64,000 bases of DNA from Torpedo marmorata (Eukaryota): NCBI GenBank assembly GCA_977017645.1, contig OZ360230.1, forward strand, positions 95,666,001 to 95,730,000, given 5' to 3'. Position numbers and translations under genes: made by a program. The notes under the pieces are model-generated. The model made no database searches and was not told the DNA's origin. It saw only the letters and a program-made list of their open reading frames with translations. Below are positions 12,730 to 26,309 of this stretch, piece by piece (position 1 is the first letter of the stretch; every line of letters starts with the position of its first letter).

Positions 12730-13291
12730 CATTCAAACTTTGAAGTACATGTAAAGTTGATGTAATTGAAAATTATTGACAGCATTAATCTGGTTTGATT
12801 GCTGCTTGCCCAGTAGTTGCATGTGAATGCTCTTGACCAGCTAGTATGAGGCTCTTGAATCTACCTGGTAATTTGTTTTGATATTTTTGCTCTTGAACCC
12901 AATGAAAAATGTCCACTTTCTGGCAACCAGCGCCAGTGGTTTAGAAGATTGTTAGAGATCATCTGAGTGCTGTGGAACCATACTCCTGGCTCAGATGATC
13001 TCTTTTTTTTTTCCCCAAGTTCTTCCTTCTCCTTTTCTCCTTTTTAAAACTTATTGATCCTCACTAAACTCCTTGCCCTTCACCCTCTGTTGTCCTGTGT
13101 GACCATTCTTCATTTGTGAGACTAGGAAATGCGTGAGATGCCTCTCTGTCTCTTAGTCAGTAATTGAGGCTGCATCATCAGTTTGACATTTAGCTCCCGA
13201 ACCTGACTCGTTGAAGTAGTATTATTTTCTTATGACAGGACTTCAGCATGCTGATGCTGAATACTGACATGCTGCTCTTTATTCCATATAG

Positions 13292-13362
13292 GAAGGTGTG
13301 AACTGAAGGGTATTCTAACTGGCAGTAATGCTGGAATTACCAGTCTTCAATTTGACAGCACA
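13292..13362 (+). CDS. ATG16L1: ATG16L1 WD40 exon (GRCELKGILTGSNAGITSLQFDST)
   Basis: tatag / gtaagt; GSNAGITS motif. Confidence 0.96.
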
Positions 13363-14036
13363 GTAAGTGGTTCATCTGTTTTGTGACTTTATTTGCCAAA
13401 GCTCTGACACTTAAACTTTTGCTTTTCCCTAAAAAAGATGTTCTTTTATTTTCCCCCAACCCACTTGCACTCCCAGAAGTGGATTTTCCAACTATTTTGG
13501 CAACCCTATGTGTCAGCTGAGTACAAATTCCTCAATTTTGAGCCCAAGGAACAATGTGCAAACCTATTTTGCACTGGCATCATTGAGTGAGCCAAATCCT
13601 GTCCTTGCCCTCTGTCAAATCTTTGCGTTCACCAGGATACTTCATGAGGAAAAGTATGAAGAGCAAGAGTGTTTCACGAAGCAGAGAGCAGTTAATGGGA
13701 CAGAGTAGGCTTTACTCTGCCTCTAACCTGTGTTGTAACCAAACTCGGAAATCTCCTTTTGCTACATACTTTGCACAAGACTGTACAAACCGCTTTGCTT
13801 TCCTGGTTCAAATAACGTTGCCTGTAATGCAAACAGTGTTTTGCACCAACTCATTCTCCATGGTATCTCCATGACTGAGGAAGTTGAATCATCATTGTTT
13901 CCTCTTATCTATGCTCATTGTTTTATAAGCCTTTATGTGGTCACCCCTCCTCCTCCTCTTCTCCAGGGAAAACATTCCCAACCTATCCAATCCCTCCTTT
14001 AACTCAAGCCCTCTAGTCCAGGCAGCATTCTTGTGA

Positions 14037-14183
<147 letters not shown>

Positions 14184-14546
14184 TGAGCCCCTTCTCAGCC
14201 TGTTGTGATGTAAATCAGTGTGGCTACCTGTGCACCCTCACTGTGTTGTAGAACTTGATGAGAATTGAATTTGCAAGTAATGTTCAAAGGATGAGCCTAC
14301 CTGGCTTCTGAATGAAAGTGCAGTGCCAAGTAAATGCAGTGCCAAGTAATCTCTGGATAGTTTTGCCAGTGAACAATCGCTAATTTATAATCTTCACCCT
14401 CTGGTTCACCAGTCCATTACATCTTTCCTATACATCATGGCTTGAACAGCCTTACTAAAGTAAGGGCCAAATCTGATGACATCGTAAAGTGCACTTGGAC
14501 CAATGATTTGTGTAAATATTATTAATGGTTATGCTTAGCCAACATG

Positions 14547-14820
14547 CAGAGGTCAATGATGATAAGTAAAAGGTCTGATTGCACAGGACATTGATCCCAC
14601 ATCCTCACTCCCAGGAAACCTTGCATTTTCCAACCAGCTGGAGACTTGCTGTGTTGATAAAGGAGTTCCTGACATTAATTGATGCTGCTGCTTTTGAGCA
14701 CATTGAGAAACTTGGAGCACATCTGCAGTGAGCATTTGACACAGTTCATTACTCACGAGTGTTTGGTGTTATGGGTTTTGTCTCTGTTGCTTGACTGCAA
14801 ACTATAAACTGAGACCTCTG
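14547..14820 (+). ncRNA. SCARNA6: scaRNA U88-like composite C/D-H/ACA guide (U5 Um41)
   Basis: 8-bp stem CAGAGGTC/GACCTCTG; box C ATGATGA; U5 guide + CTGA; H box ACATTA 14672; ACA 14739; box D CTGA 14809 with no U4 complementarity upstream. Confidence 0.88.
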
Positions 14821-17186
14821 ATCAGAACCTTGTATTAAAAGGAAGTTTTGGATTTATAACAGACTTGTCTGTTGTGCCACAGCTCGATTTTTAATGGGCA
14901 TATTTTGCATCTTGTGTGTATCATGCACTTAGTGTAACACTTTCTCCTGTTATTTTAAATCCAATTCTGCGCAGTTCATCTGCAAGGAGAGCACTCTTTA
15001 ATAGGACTACATTCTCTAGTTCACTTCGGACAGTGCCTTGGGTCTGACAAATTCATTCCAGTTTCCCATGGTCATTCTTTTCTCTCCTGCTTTTTCTGTG
15101 TTACAGGAAGCAGTGTTATGTTTTGGTACATTTTTATAACTGTTGTGCAATTTTTTGTTTCTTGTTTCTCCCCTGTTGATTGTGAACTTTGCATCCATAT
15201 TGTTGAGCAGCTAAGTGAACTGATTATGATTGTTTTACTGACAATTTTAAGTTTTCTTTAAAAGATTGAGGACCCTCTGTGTGCTTGGAGAGATATTGCA
15301 GGTGGGTGTAAGGTTCAGAGCAAGAATGAGGGGTTTCTGGAGTTCCAACAGCAGTGATGAACTTGATGAGTATTTGAGGAAATGTGCTGCTGTTTCATTT
15401 ACAAATGTTAGGACTGTGTAAATGGTTATACAGTATAGGAACTTGAGCAAGGAAGAGGTTGCTGGATAGATGAATGCAGAAGAAGCGTGTGTAATTGTAT
15501 CCATGTTTTTATTTTTAAAAACAAGTGAATCAGAGAAGTGGACACGAGAGCAGAGTCGAGAGAGAGTTTACAAGGGGTGCTGCCTCCAAGTGTCTGGGCA
15601 CAATGGGATGTTTGCTAGATGTGGTGCTACTGATAGGTGGTGACAGAATGAGAAGATTGTGAAAGTGGACTTAAGTTTTGGAACTAGCTCAGGGAGTAGG
15701 AGTGGAGTTTTGGATTTGTTAGTATATTTCTTGATGAGAAATAATACATCTTTGTTACATTCCTGGTGGGGAAGGGTCTGGAGAGAGACAAGATCCCAAT
15801 TCAATTAATTTAATGTTCTTTGTAGAATTATAGAATTGTTTCAATAAATATAGGCTGTTGGCCCATTGAGTCCATGCAAGAACAATAAATGTTCATGGTG
15901 AGACCCTGCAAAACAAAGGACATTTTTATATCTTTTGGACCTACCATCGAGTGAAGGCAGGCAATGTTGATGAAAATCACCACTGGCTTCCTTGTGCCAG
16001 CATAACCTTTGGTCTACTGAGGAAAAAAAAATTGAAAATCAAGACCCCAGACCTGGCATAAAAGTAATCACCCTTTTGTTTGTTTCTGAGATTACCTAAA
16101 GCAGGCACCTCAGGGCACTGGGAAAATACCACTAATCCTGTCCACAAATTCACTGGAAAGGTAAGTGAACCAACATCACTGCCAGGCCAGCAACCCAAAA
16201 AAAAAATTTCTTGCAAGTGCCCATCCAATTCCTTTTTAAAGGGCATTTTGAGCACTTCTGTTTCTACCACGTTTACAAGCAGAGAAATCCAAATTAAAAT
16301 GACTGAGTAAAATACATTTTTGCTCACATTCCAACAGTATCTTATTTCCAACATTTTAAATCAGCATCCCTTGTTTCTTGAGCTAACTATGAATGTAAAT
16401 GGCTCCCCTCTATTTATCCTTGACTCAACCAATCATTTTTTTTAAATAAATTTTCAGTGGATGATTGTGCAAAGCTTTGCTGCCACCTTTGTAGATCTAA
16501 ATCAGGGTTTAAAAAATGTCTAATGTGAAATTAAGTATAAATGCCAAAATACTGTGAATGCTGGAAATCTGAAATATAACGGGAGAGGGATTCTGGAAAA
16601 AGAAATTAACCTAATAGTTTGAACCTTTAATGTAGCAGGAAAATGTAAAATGCTTAGAAATAGGACCAGATCTTGCTGACCTGTTTCCTTGGGACCCTTT
16701 TCCAGTTTCTGTACTTTACCTGGTCTGAGGAGGCAGTCCTATTTTGCAGGCTCTCCAGCAGGTTTGGATGGCAACAGGGCACTGACAGTGCAGTGGAGAG
16801 GCTGCAACCCTGAAACTGTTGTGGAACCTATGACAGCCAGCAAAAGCTTTGAGTAATATGTAGTAGTCTTTGAGATTCAGAGACATTAACAAACTCTCAT
16901 TGAAATAGGTTTTAAAAAAAAAAAAAAAAAAAATCTAAAAGCACTTTACCATCACTTACCCTAAAATATGCCTAAGATTCCTAGTGAAATCATCAGGGCC
17001 AAGGATCCTAAATAAAGTTGGTGCTCATGTTATGCTGGGAGATCTTCGCATGGTTGGGTTCTGCCTCATGCTGAGTCTCGTGAAGAATCTGAGACTAAAT
17101 CTGGAACTTCTGCTTTTGTTCCAGACTTCCTGTGGCTTTAAATAGCTAGCCGACAACTTTTCTATGGAGAATCACTGGAATTAGTA

Positions 17187-17811
17187 CAGGTCGAGTACCC
17201 CTTATCCGAAATGCTTGGGACCAGACATTTTTGGGTTTTTTCGGATTTCGGAACAATGGAACTAAGCAGCACAGTAGCATCAGCAGAATACCTGTATTAG
17301 CGGTTAAACAGCAACAACAAACAACGGCAGGCTTTTTGAGCGCTGACATGACGTCACAAGTGGAAAATTCACATGAAATAATGTTTAGTACTTACCAAAA
17401 AAAAACTTGATCTCTGCTTACAAAAGAAGACCACCTCCCCACTGCCGGTCCCCAACACCTCCCCACAGCCACCACCGGTACCCGACTACGGTCCCCGCTC
17501 CTGCCCGGGAGCCCGTGGCAACTTCTTCGATGCAGACGGCACCGCTCCCGATGTTGAGAATGGAGTCGCCGACTCCAGCTGCAGCCGATGCTGAAGACTT
17601 GGACCCAGCTCCGTTTAGCATCTTCCCGGCCAGAAGCAAAGATTTTTTTTATTTTATTTTTTTACTGTTATTGTAATCAAACTGACGCCAACAGAGCGTC
17701 AGAGCCCCACACGGGCAAGTCAGGTGTTGAATTTTTTTCCACTTGTGACGTCATGTCGGCGCTAAAAAAATTCAGTTTTTGAACCTCTTTGGATGATGGG
17801 TACTCGACCTG
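17187..17811. mobile_element. Tigger4/MER46-like non-autonomous DNA transposon
   Basis: TIR CAGGTCGAGTACCC; TA TSD on both sides; internal inverted repeat about 17340-17369 / 17731-17762. Confidence 0.88.
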
Positions 17812-18339
17812 TAATAGCAATATATCCCATAGATTTGACATGATACTGTCTTACTGAGAAAATGATATGGGATGTTTGCATGAAACTTTATAGATGTGTA
17901 ATAATTAATCTCACCTGGGAATTCGGAGAATAACTGGAGAATTTGAATAATTCAGAGAATTAAGAACAGAAGCATTGAGAACACAATGTTATCCCTTTTA
18001 ATGTATGAATGTGGTGTTTTTAAAATGGGTGCTGTGTATGAATTTGCATGTTTCTGATTTGGTTAAGAATTATTTGCAACGCTTTTCACTGATCTTTAGA
18101 GAATTTACTACTGTGTGTTCACATTTCCATTCATTGCCAATGGGATATTGATTGGATTGTCACTATTGTCTCTTTTTTTTCTTATGAAAGGAGTGACTAT
18201 AATAATCAGGTTTTATTTAATTTGTAAGTCAAAGGATCCTGACAATTGGATTTTTTTCTTTTCCATGGCCCAGTGCCTGACTGTCAGCTGATAACAGCTC
18301 ATGGTGTGAATCTCTCATAATCCCATACCCCCATCACAT

Positions 18340-21110
18340 CCACTTTGATCAAAACTTGGATCTTATTTGAGGCAGGATCTGGGGAGAGTAGATTGGGTGC
18401 AACAGTATGTGGTAAATCCACATCTGACATGTGGAAGTCCTTCAAAAGCCAACCAGTGTTCATTCTGGCGTGTTCCCGTGAGGATGAAAGATAAGGATAG
18501 TAAGGTTCAGGTGATAAGAGATGCTATAAATTTAGTCCAAAAGGAAAAGGAAGAGTGCACAAGGTTTAGGTAGCTGAGATCAGGCAAGCTCTTTGAGCAA
18601 TACAGAGGATGCAGGGGGAGCAAAAGGAGGCCATAAAATGTCCTTGGCAAGGAGGATTAAGGAGAATACCAAAGCATTTTATACATGCATTAAGAGTAAG
18701 AGGATAGCTGAGGGAAAGGTAGCTCCACACAAAAACTGAAGAGGGAATTTCTGCATGGAACCAAAGGAAGTGGGCGAGGAGGAGGAGGACCTGGAAGATC
18801 AGGAGGGATATGTTAATATTCTTGGGCATGTTGATATTCAAGGAGCGGAGGAGTTGGTGTCTTGAAAAATAAGATGGATAAGTTTCCAGGGTCAAATGGA
18901 ATCAATCCCAGGAGACAGAGGGATGGAAGGGAGGAGATTGCTGGGGCATTGACTGAGATTCTTTAATCCTCTTTAGCCACAGGCAAGGTCTCAGAGGACT
19001 GGAAAGTAGCCAAAGTTGTTCCTTTGTTTAAGAAGGGCAACAGGGATAAAGCAGGAAATTATAGGCCAGTGCTCCTTAAATCAGTGATCAGAAAATCATC
19101 AGAAAAGGTTCTTGGGTACAGAATTTTCTTGTATTTGGAAAAGCATGCACTTAATCAAGAACGTCTGTGTGACCTTTTACTGGTGAAGTCTGTCGCACAA
19201 ATTTGAGTTTTTTGTGAGGAAGTGAAGATGATTAACGAGGGTAGGTCAGAAGATGTGGTCAACATGAACTTTGGTAAAGCATTTGACAAGGTCCTCCATG
19301 GTAGGCTGGTCCAGAAGATGAAGTCACATGCGGTTTGCAGAGAGTTGGTAAGTTAGATACAAAATTGATTTGGTTATAGAAAACAGATATAAAATAGATG
19401 GAAGAGGTGAAGATCTCTGACTAGAGTTCTTTGACCAGTGGTATTGTGCAAGGATCATTGATGGACCTCTGTTTGTGATGTACATAAATGATCTGGATGA
19501 AAATATAGCGTGACTATAGTAAGTTTGCTGGTAACATGAGAATTGATGGAGATGTGGATAGTGAGGAAAGTTGTCAAAGGACACAGCAGGATGTAGATCA
19601 GTTAGAAGTTTGGGTGGAGAAATGGCAGATGGAGTTTAATCTGGGCAAAGAGGTCAAATGCAACAGGAAAGTACTCAGAAAATGCAGAAACCTTAGAAAC
19701 ACTGTACAAAGGGATCTTGGGGTACAAGTCTGATGTGTGAACCAAAATGGCATTGCAATTTACTAGCACCTTTGACAAGATTGGGACATCTCAAAGCACT
19801 TTACAGTCAATGCGATTCTTTTGAAGTACAGCCTCCATTGTAATGCACCAGCCAATCCAAGCACAGCAAAAACCCACAAACCGATGCATGATCCTGTCCA
19901 GACAATGTGTTGTTCATAACACTGAATGAAAGATGCATGTTGACCGGGACACCAGGAAGCACTCTGCAGTGATCGTGTGCCAAGGAATCTTCCAGGTTCA
20001 CCCAAGGGAGCTTTAAGTTTAACATCTCGTCCAAACGGATAGTACTGTGCGCATTTCTGGTCGCCCCATGACAGGAAGGATGTGGAGACTTTGGAAAGGG
20101 TACAGAAGAGGTTTACCAGGACATTGCCTGGTTTAGACAGTATTTTATGGGGAGAGATTGGACAAACTTGGGTTGTTTTTTCTGGAGAGTAGGCGGCTGA
20201 GGGGAGACCTGGTAGAGGTTTATAAAATCATGAGGGGCATTGATAGGGTGGATAGAATATTTTGCCCACTAGAGGCCATGCATGAGGGGAGGAAATTTAA
20301 GGGAGATGTGTGGGGCAAATATTTTACACAGAGTGCTGTGTGCCTGGAAGAAGGTACCAGGAGTAGTGGTGGTAGCAGATATATAGATGAATATGAAGGG
20401 GATAGAGGGATATCCATCAGGTGCAAACAGTTTTAGTTTGATTTAGACATTTGGCATGGGCACGTGGGCCGAAGGGTCTGTTCCTGTGTTGTGCTTGTCT
20501 ATGTTCAATGGAAGTCCATAGCTTCCTGAAAGTATAAGCACAAGTGGGTAAGGTGGCATGCAAGCCTTCTTTGGTCAGGGCATTAGTATAAAAGGAAGTC
20601 GTATTGCAGTTTTAAACTTTAGTTGGGCGAAATTTAGAGTACTTTGTGCAGTTCTGGTTGCCACATTACAGGAAGGAAGTGGAGGCTTTGGAGAGGGCGC
20701 AGAAGAGGTTCACCAGGATGTTGGCTAGATTAAGAAATGTTAGCTGTCAGGAGAAGCTGGATGAACTTGGACTACTTTCTCTGGAGTGTAAGAGTCTGAG
20801 GGACAACCTGATAGAAGTATATAAAATTATGAGATAAATGGAGACTTTGTCCCCAGGGTGGAAATGTCAAGTATCGGATGGTATAGGTTTAAGGAGAGAG
20901 GGGGGGAAGTTTAAAGGAGATTTCTGAGGCAAGTTTCTTTATACAGTGCTAGGAATATGTTGCCAGGGGAGGTGGTAGAGGTAGATACCATAGCAATGTT
21001 TAAGCAGCATTTGGAGACATGAATGGATAGAAAATAGGGGGAATCAGACTGCGTGCAGGCAGATGGATTAGTTAGATTAGCATCACGGTCGGCACAGACG
21101 AAGTGGACTA
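18340..21110 (+). mobile_element. Cluster of decayed CR1 LINE fragments
   Basis: FKKGNRDKAGNYRPV, EKWQMEFN and QFWLPHYRK...RFTRML peptides across broken frames; two 3' ends. Confidence 0.85.
19750..20045 (-). mobile_element. DeuSINE (SacSINE1/AmnSINE-like) fragment
   Basis: Resembles the recalled reverse complement of the Deu domain (caaagcactttacag...tttgaagt..gcagccaat..gcacagcaa..cccacaaac). Confidence 0.6.
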
Positions 21111-21239
21111 TTTTCCATAAATTATGGTATTTAAACATTTCTACAATTTTTTAAAAAAAGATATCCTATAAGAGTAGAACCACATTTCTGTATATTTGTA
21201 TATAAAGTTGACACATGGCTCCTTCTCTTTTAATAATAG

Positions 21240-21365
<126 letters not shown>

Positions 21366-22253
21366 TAGGGGCAATATGAAGGGGAACAGACAAGAAATAG
21401 CAGGGCTCTTATTTCCAGAACAGTCACAGACTGATTTTAAATTGATAAAATAATTAAACGCATCAGCTAAATGACTAAGTAGTGATGAGATAGAAGAGGC
21501 AGGTGTCATAGACTTCAGTCCCACTTGCTGCTGCCTACCACATCCACGTTGACCACAGGCACTCATCTGTATTAATCTCATCTTCTGGCACTTGGCCCAT
21601 AGCCTTCTATGCCTAGGCAATTTAAATGCTCATCAACACAATTATATGCTGTTAGTGACTCTATTTTCACTGTTCCTTCTGACAGGGCACACCTGGTACT
21701 TTCCACTGTGTGGGTGGAAAAAGTCCATCTCCGATCCTCTCATTTACCTGTATTTAATAATTGGGACCAAACCTGGGTTGGAGAGAAGAAAAACAGCAAA
21801 GTCCCTAAATTGGATTGAGCTCAACCATGACGCTCAATTGGACAGTATCCAGAGGCCTGGATTAATCATCTGGAGATGAGTGCAAATATCACTGGCAACT
21901 TGACAATTAAATTCATAAAATTAATATGAAATGTAAATTTGGCATCAAAGTGATGCATCTGTGAATATCTTGTTCACATGTTTTTTTTCGGGGAAGGAGT
22001 CTGCTGCCCTTCCTTACCCTCTCTTGTTTGTGTGTAACTTCAGACCTATATATTATATAGTTGATTCTTAACTTTCCTCTGATTATGGCTTGTCAAGTAA
22101 CTCCAGTTCAAAGGGGTTTGGGGCTAAGCAATACTGGTTGTGCCTTCAATGACTGGATTCTATTAAAATGCAAGCTAAGATCATCGGTGTCAGTGGAATA
22201 TTCCAGAAAGGAAGGGAAAAATTAGAAATTGGGGTAAAATGAAATTCGCAGTA

Positions 22254-23136
22254 CAGTAAAACCCTTGGTATTCGGCACCTATGGGGATTGGTAGAAGCCG
22301 GATAAGTGAATTTTTCAGTTGCTTGAGACCTACTCTTACAATTCCTAACCAATACACCTGCATTAAGAATAAATAGTTTAAAAGACAAAAATAGTATACT
22401 GTACTTGCACTGAACAAACTAACTTGCATGAATATATAAACCTTAAAGCATTTTACTTTATTTTCAGTCATATTCTTTGAAAACATTTAACCGTCGCTGC
22501 ATGTGCAGGTTCCTCCTCCTCCATGAAGCTGCCCGAAAGACGAACAATAACGTTATAGATAATTAACACCCCCCCTCTAAGTTTACAGATAAACCCTCTG
22601 ACCGGGGCGACTCTTACAAAGTAGGGATAAGGAGGCACCCCAACGGCGAGCGGCATCAACCAGCTCTTCATCCTGGGTGATGCCATTTTATTCAAGCACA
22701 ACTTTATTCAAGCACAACTTTATTCAAGCACAACTTTATTCAAGCACAACTTTATTCAAGCACAACTTTATTCAAGCACAACTTTATTCAAGCACAACTT
22801 TATTCAAGCACAACTTTATTCAAGCACAACTTTATTCAAGCACAACTTTATTCAAGCACAACTTTATTCAAGCACAACTTTATTGAAGCTATTCAAACAG
22901 CTGGTACGAGCAAAGCACAACCAAGGCACTCTGCTGGCTGAATATTTACTCCCATCTTCAACAAAAGTTTGTGTTACTTACTTCAGAGAACACTTACTTT
23001 TACAATATTAAACTTGCGTATTTTTAACCTATTTTATTCTTATTTATTTTAATTTTTTAAATGTATTTTCCTCTATTTTTTGCCAGTTGCTTGAGGCTGC
23101 TGGTTGTTTGAATTCCAGATACCAGGGGTTTTACTG
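22254..23136. mobile_element. Tigger-type MITE containing a minisatellite
   Basis: TIR CAGTAAAACCCYTGGTAT; TA TSD on both sides. Confidence 0.85.
22687..22889. repeat. Minisatellite: 12 perfect copies of TTTATTCAAGCACAAC (16 bp) plus a partial copy
   Basis: Direct reading of the sequence. Confidence 0.97.
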
Positions 23137-23800
23137 TATTGTAAAAATGTGTCAAGAGAAAAGACTTCAGCAAACCCTGGGAAGCTCATTGAAACATTAA
23201 CCTAACATTTGAAAAGCATATCCAATCATTTTTGCTTAGATTTCTGACAAGGGTGAATTTTTTTTAATGAAGACTATTTGTTATAACTGGGAGTAAAGTA
23301 TTGACTAAAGACCATGTGGCCTTTTTTCTTAACTCTCCACTCCTATCCCCTATCTCCTGCGCTGGGTAATGACTCGCACATCAATGATTGCCAATTGCTT
23401 GTCTGCAGCAGGCAGGGACCCAGTGAACAATATGCAGCTGAATAATTTGGGGAAACAGCACCTTTAGTAAAATGGTTAGTAGGGATTGGGAGGTTTAGGT
23501 CCAACCTGTATCGGATCTACAGTTCAAAAATATTTGTAAATTGATGCAATATGATATTGACTCTGCAGGTTTGGTGCATTAATGATACTTTCTGTATAGT
23601 GTTTCTTCAGTTTTCAAGAAGACTTCTTGGGTAACTAGACTTAGATATACTTGTCATTTATAGAAGCAGCAGTAACCTTGAAGTATGATGCTTTCGTGTG
23701 GTAGTTTTAGGTATATGAGAGTAAACTTAAACTATTTGATTTAAAGATACAGATGACTTTTTTAGGAAAAATATTGTCTGATTCCCACTTCCAATGTTGA

Positions 23801-23920
<120 letters not shown>

Positions 23921-24403
23921 TGAAATGGTTGTGATGGAATTATCTCCAGAATTGTATTGTTTAGAGGGCTGTTTATTTTGAATGTGAAAACTTTCAAGGA
24001 AATGCTGTTTCAGGTCCTTGAGACTGGAGCTCTTGAGTAATCTGAAAGCATTTGCATTTATCACCAACGTTTTAAAAAAAAAAAAAAAAAACAGGTTCTG
24101 GCCTTGAACTTAGAGCAAAGAGGGGCATAGATTGTTGTATAGATATTAGTAAATACGTGGAGCATACTGCTCAGGTGTTGGTGGACACAAAAGTTCTGGG
24201 GAAAAATACTTTCATGGAGATTTACAAAATGGGGCAGCTGAAATGCATTAGATTTGATGCAGTTGATCTGAAAAGTATCAATTCTACATCTTTCTATACA
24301 ATGGAGAACACAATATCAAGCATCATTACTGAATGGAATAGGGGGTGAGATGTCCAAGCTCTGGACATCTCTAACTTTTGGAATGTGCATTGTACTGGGA
24401 TGA

Positions 24404-24598
<195 letters not shown>

Positions 24599-24921
24599 TA
24601 ATTGGAATGGGCTGCCTAGCTTTCAATTCTTTATAATAGAAATTGATGATATTTACATTTAAGAACTCCATTTGTACACATACCTAAATTCTTTATTCAA
24701 TGGGTGTCTGTTTTCTTGGTCATACACTGAAATTACAATACAAGTGTGTTTGTTTTATAATCATTACTTTCATCTATTTGCATCCAGAAATTGGATGTTT
24801 CTCTCCTCTTGTGCATTTAGTATATCTCTGTCTGAGTCCCTTGATTGTTTGGTGACTCTTTCTTGCTCATACAGTTGAAGTAGAACTATATTGCTTCTGA
24901 CTGCATTCTTTTTCTGCACAG

Positions 24922-24969
24922 TTCGCAAGGATTCAAGTGTGGGTCAGATTGGACAAGAGTAACGTTCAG
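24922..24969 (+). CDS. ATG16L1: ATG16L1 WD40 exon (SQGFKCGSDWTRVTF)
   Basis: cacag / gtaatt; GFKCGSDWTRV motif. Confidence 0.96.
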
Positions 24970-25311
24970 GTAATTGGTCACAATCTGGCATTCATCTGAG
25001 AGGTAGTGAAGAGCACTGCATGTGCACCAGACATGTCTGATAAAGCCATGTCTTGTGTTGAGTTGCAATGGATTCAATTGTAGTGGAGGTTTTTAGTTTT
25101 CCAGTATTAAAAGCCTTTGAAACTTTGGTTTAACACCTTCCCAACCTCAGCAATATTGTTTTTCAATCTTTTCCTTTCCTCCACCAAAAGAAAAACCCCT
25201 TATCGCAATTGAATTTAATGTCATTTTTCAATGATATCATGGAATGGCAGTTCTCATTTCAGACAACCCATTTCCATTGCAGTTCGAAGCAGCTGGTGGT
25301 TGGGTATAAAA

Positions 25312-25478
25312 CCAGTCCTGGAATACTGGGACATTGCGTATATGCGCTTGTTGGTAGTCCAGCAAAAATGAGGACACGGAGTCTATGCCCTTGTTGGTAG
25401 TCCCGCAAAACCGGGACATGGAGTATATGGGCTTGTTGGTAGTCCCTGAAAACCGGGACACGGAGTCCAAAGAGTTAA
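25312..25478. repeat. Degenerate ~42-bp tandem repeat, 3-4 copies
   Basis: Recurrent cttgttggtagtcc...gggaca.ggagt. Confidence 0.75.
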
Positions 25479-25479
25479 A

Positions 25480-26010
25480 TGTTATAATTGTACCCACCTC
25501 TGCCACTTCTGGTAGCTTGTTCTATATACGCAGCACCATTTGTGTGGGTGGGAAAAAGTACCTCTATAAAGTCTCTCAGTCTCCTCTCGTTCAAGGAAAA
25601 AGTCCCAGCCTATCCAGCCTCTAACCCGAGCCCTCCAGTCCCGGTAACATCCTCGTGAATCTTTTTTGCACCCTTTCCAGTTTAATGACATTCTTCCAAT
25701 GGCAAGTTGACCAGAACTACATGCAGTATTCCATATATGGCTTTACTAATGTCTTGTACACCTGTCCTGTATCCATTGCTCTCGCTGATCAAGATAAGTG
25801 TGCCAAACGCTGACTTCATTGCCCTCTCTACCCGTGTCACCACGTTCGGAGAACTATGTACTATTGCCCCAAGGTCTCTACAGCACTCATGAAACCCCTA
25901 CCATTTACTGTGCAAGTCCTGCCCTGGGTTGACTGACCTGAATTAAATTCCATGTGCCATTCCTCATCCCACTGACTCAATTAATCAAAATGTTGTGTAA
26001 TCTCGTGACA
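25480..26010 (-). mobile_element. Decayed CR1 fragments
   Basis: Reverse-complement CR1 3' ORF2 motifs. Confidence 0.6.
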
Positions 26011-26207
26011 ATCACTACATTAGTGCAGTCCTTATCCATGTAAACTCTCCTGAAGTTTTCATTGAAAGAGAGGAAAATGGATATCATTGATGCTCAAATC
26101 ATGATTTAATCACTCATGGTTTTACACTCATCGTAAATTATTGCTTGAGCTGAGAATCATGGGTCCATAGCCCTCTGAAATCACAGGTGAATATCTTCTC
26201 TCTTCAG

Positions 26208-26309
26208 CCCAGATGGGAAGTTCATTGCTGCAGGGTCTTCAGTTGGAACTCTTTTTGTCTGGAGTGTCGAATCTGGGAAGGTGGAAAGATCTCTGGGAAA
26301 ATATCACAG
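26208..26309 (+). CDS. ATG16L1: ATG16L1 WD40 exon (PDGKFIAAGSSVGTLFVWSVESGKVERSLGKYH)
   Basis: ttcag / gtttgt; phases fit. Confidence 0.95.

Noticed and set aside
17407-17676. Pro-rich and Gly-rich overlapping ORFs
   Set aside because: GC-rich MITE interior with no transposase or other recognisable motifs.
22677-22886. ORF with repeating YSSTTLFKHNFIQAQL; CRISPR-like appearance
   Set aside because: Translation of a 16-bp tandem repeat with no spacers; eukaryotic intron; no cas genes.
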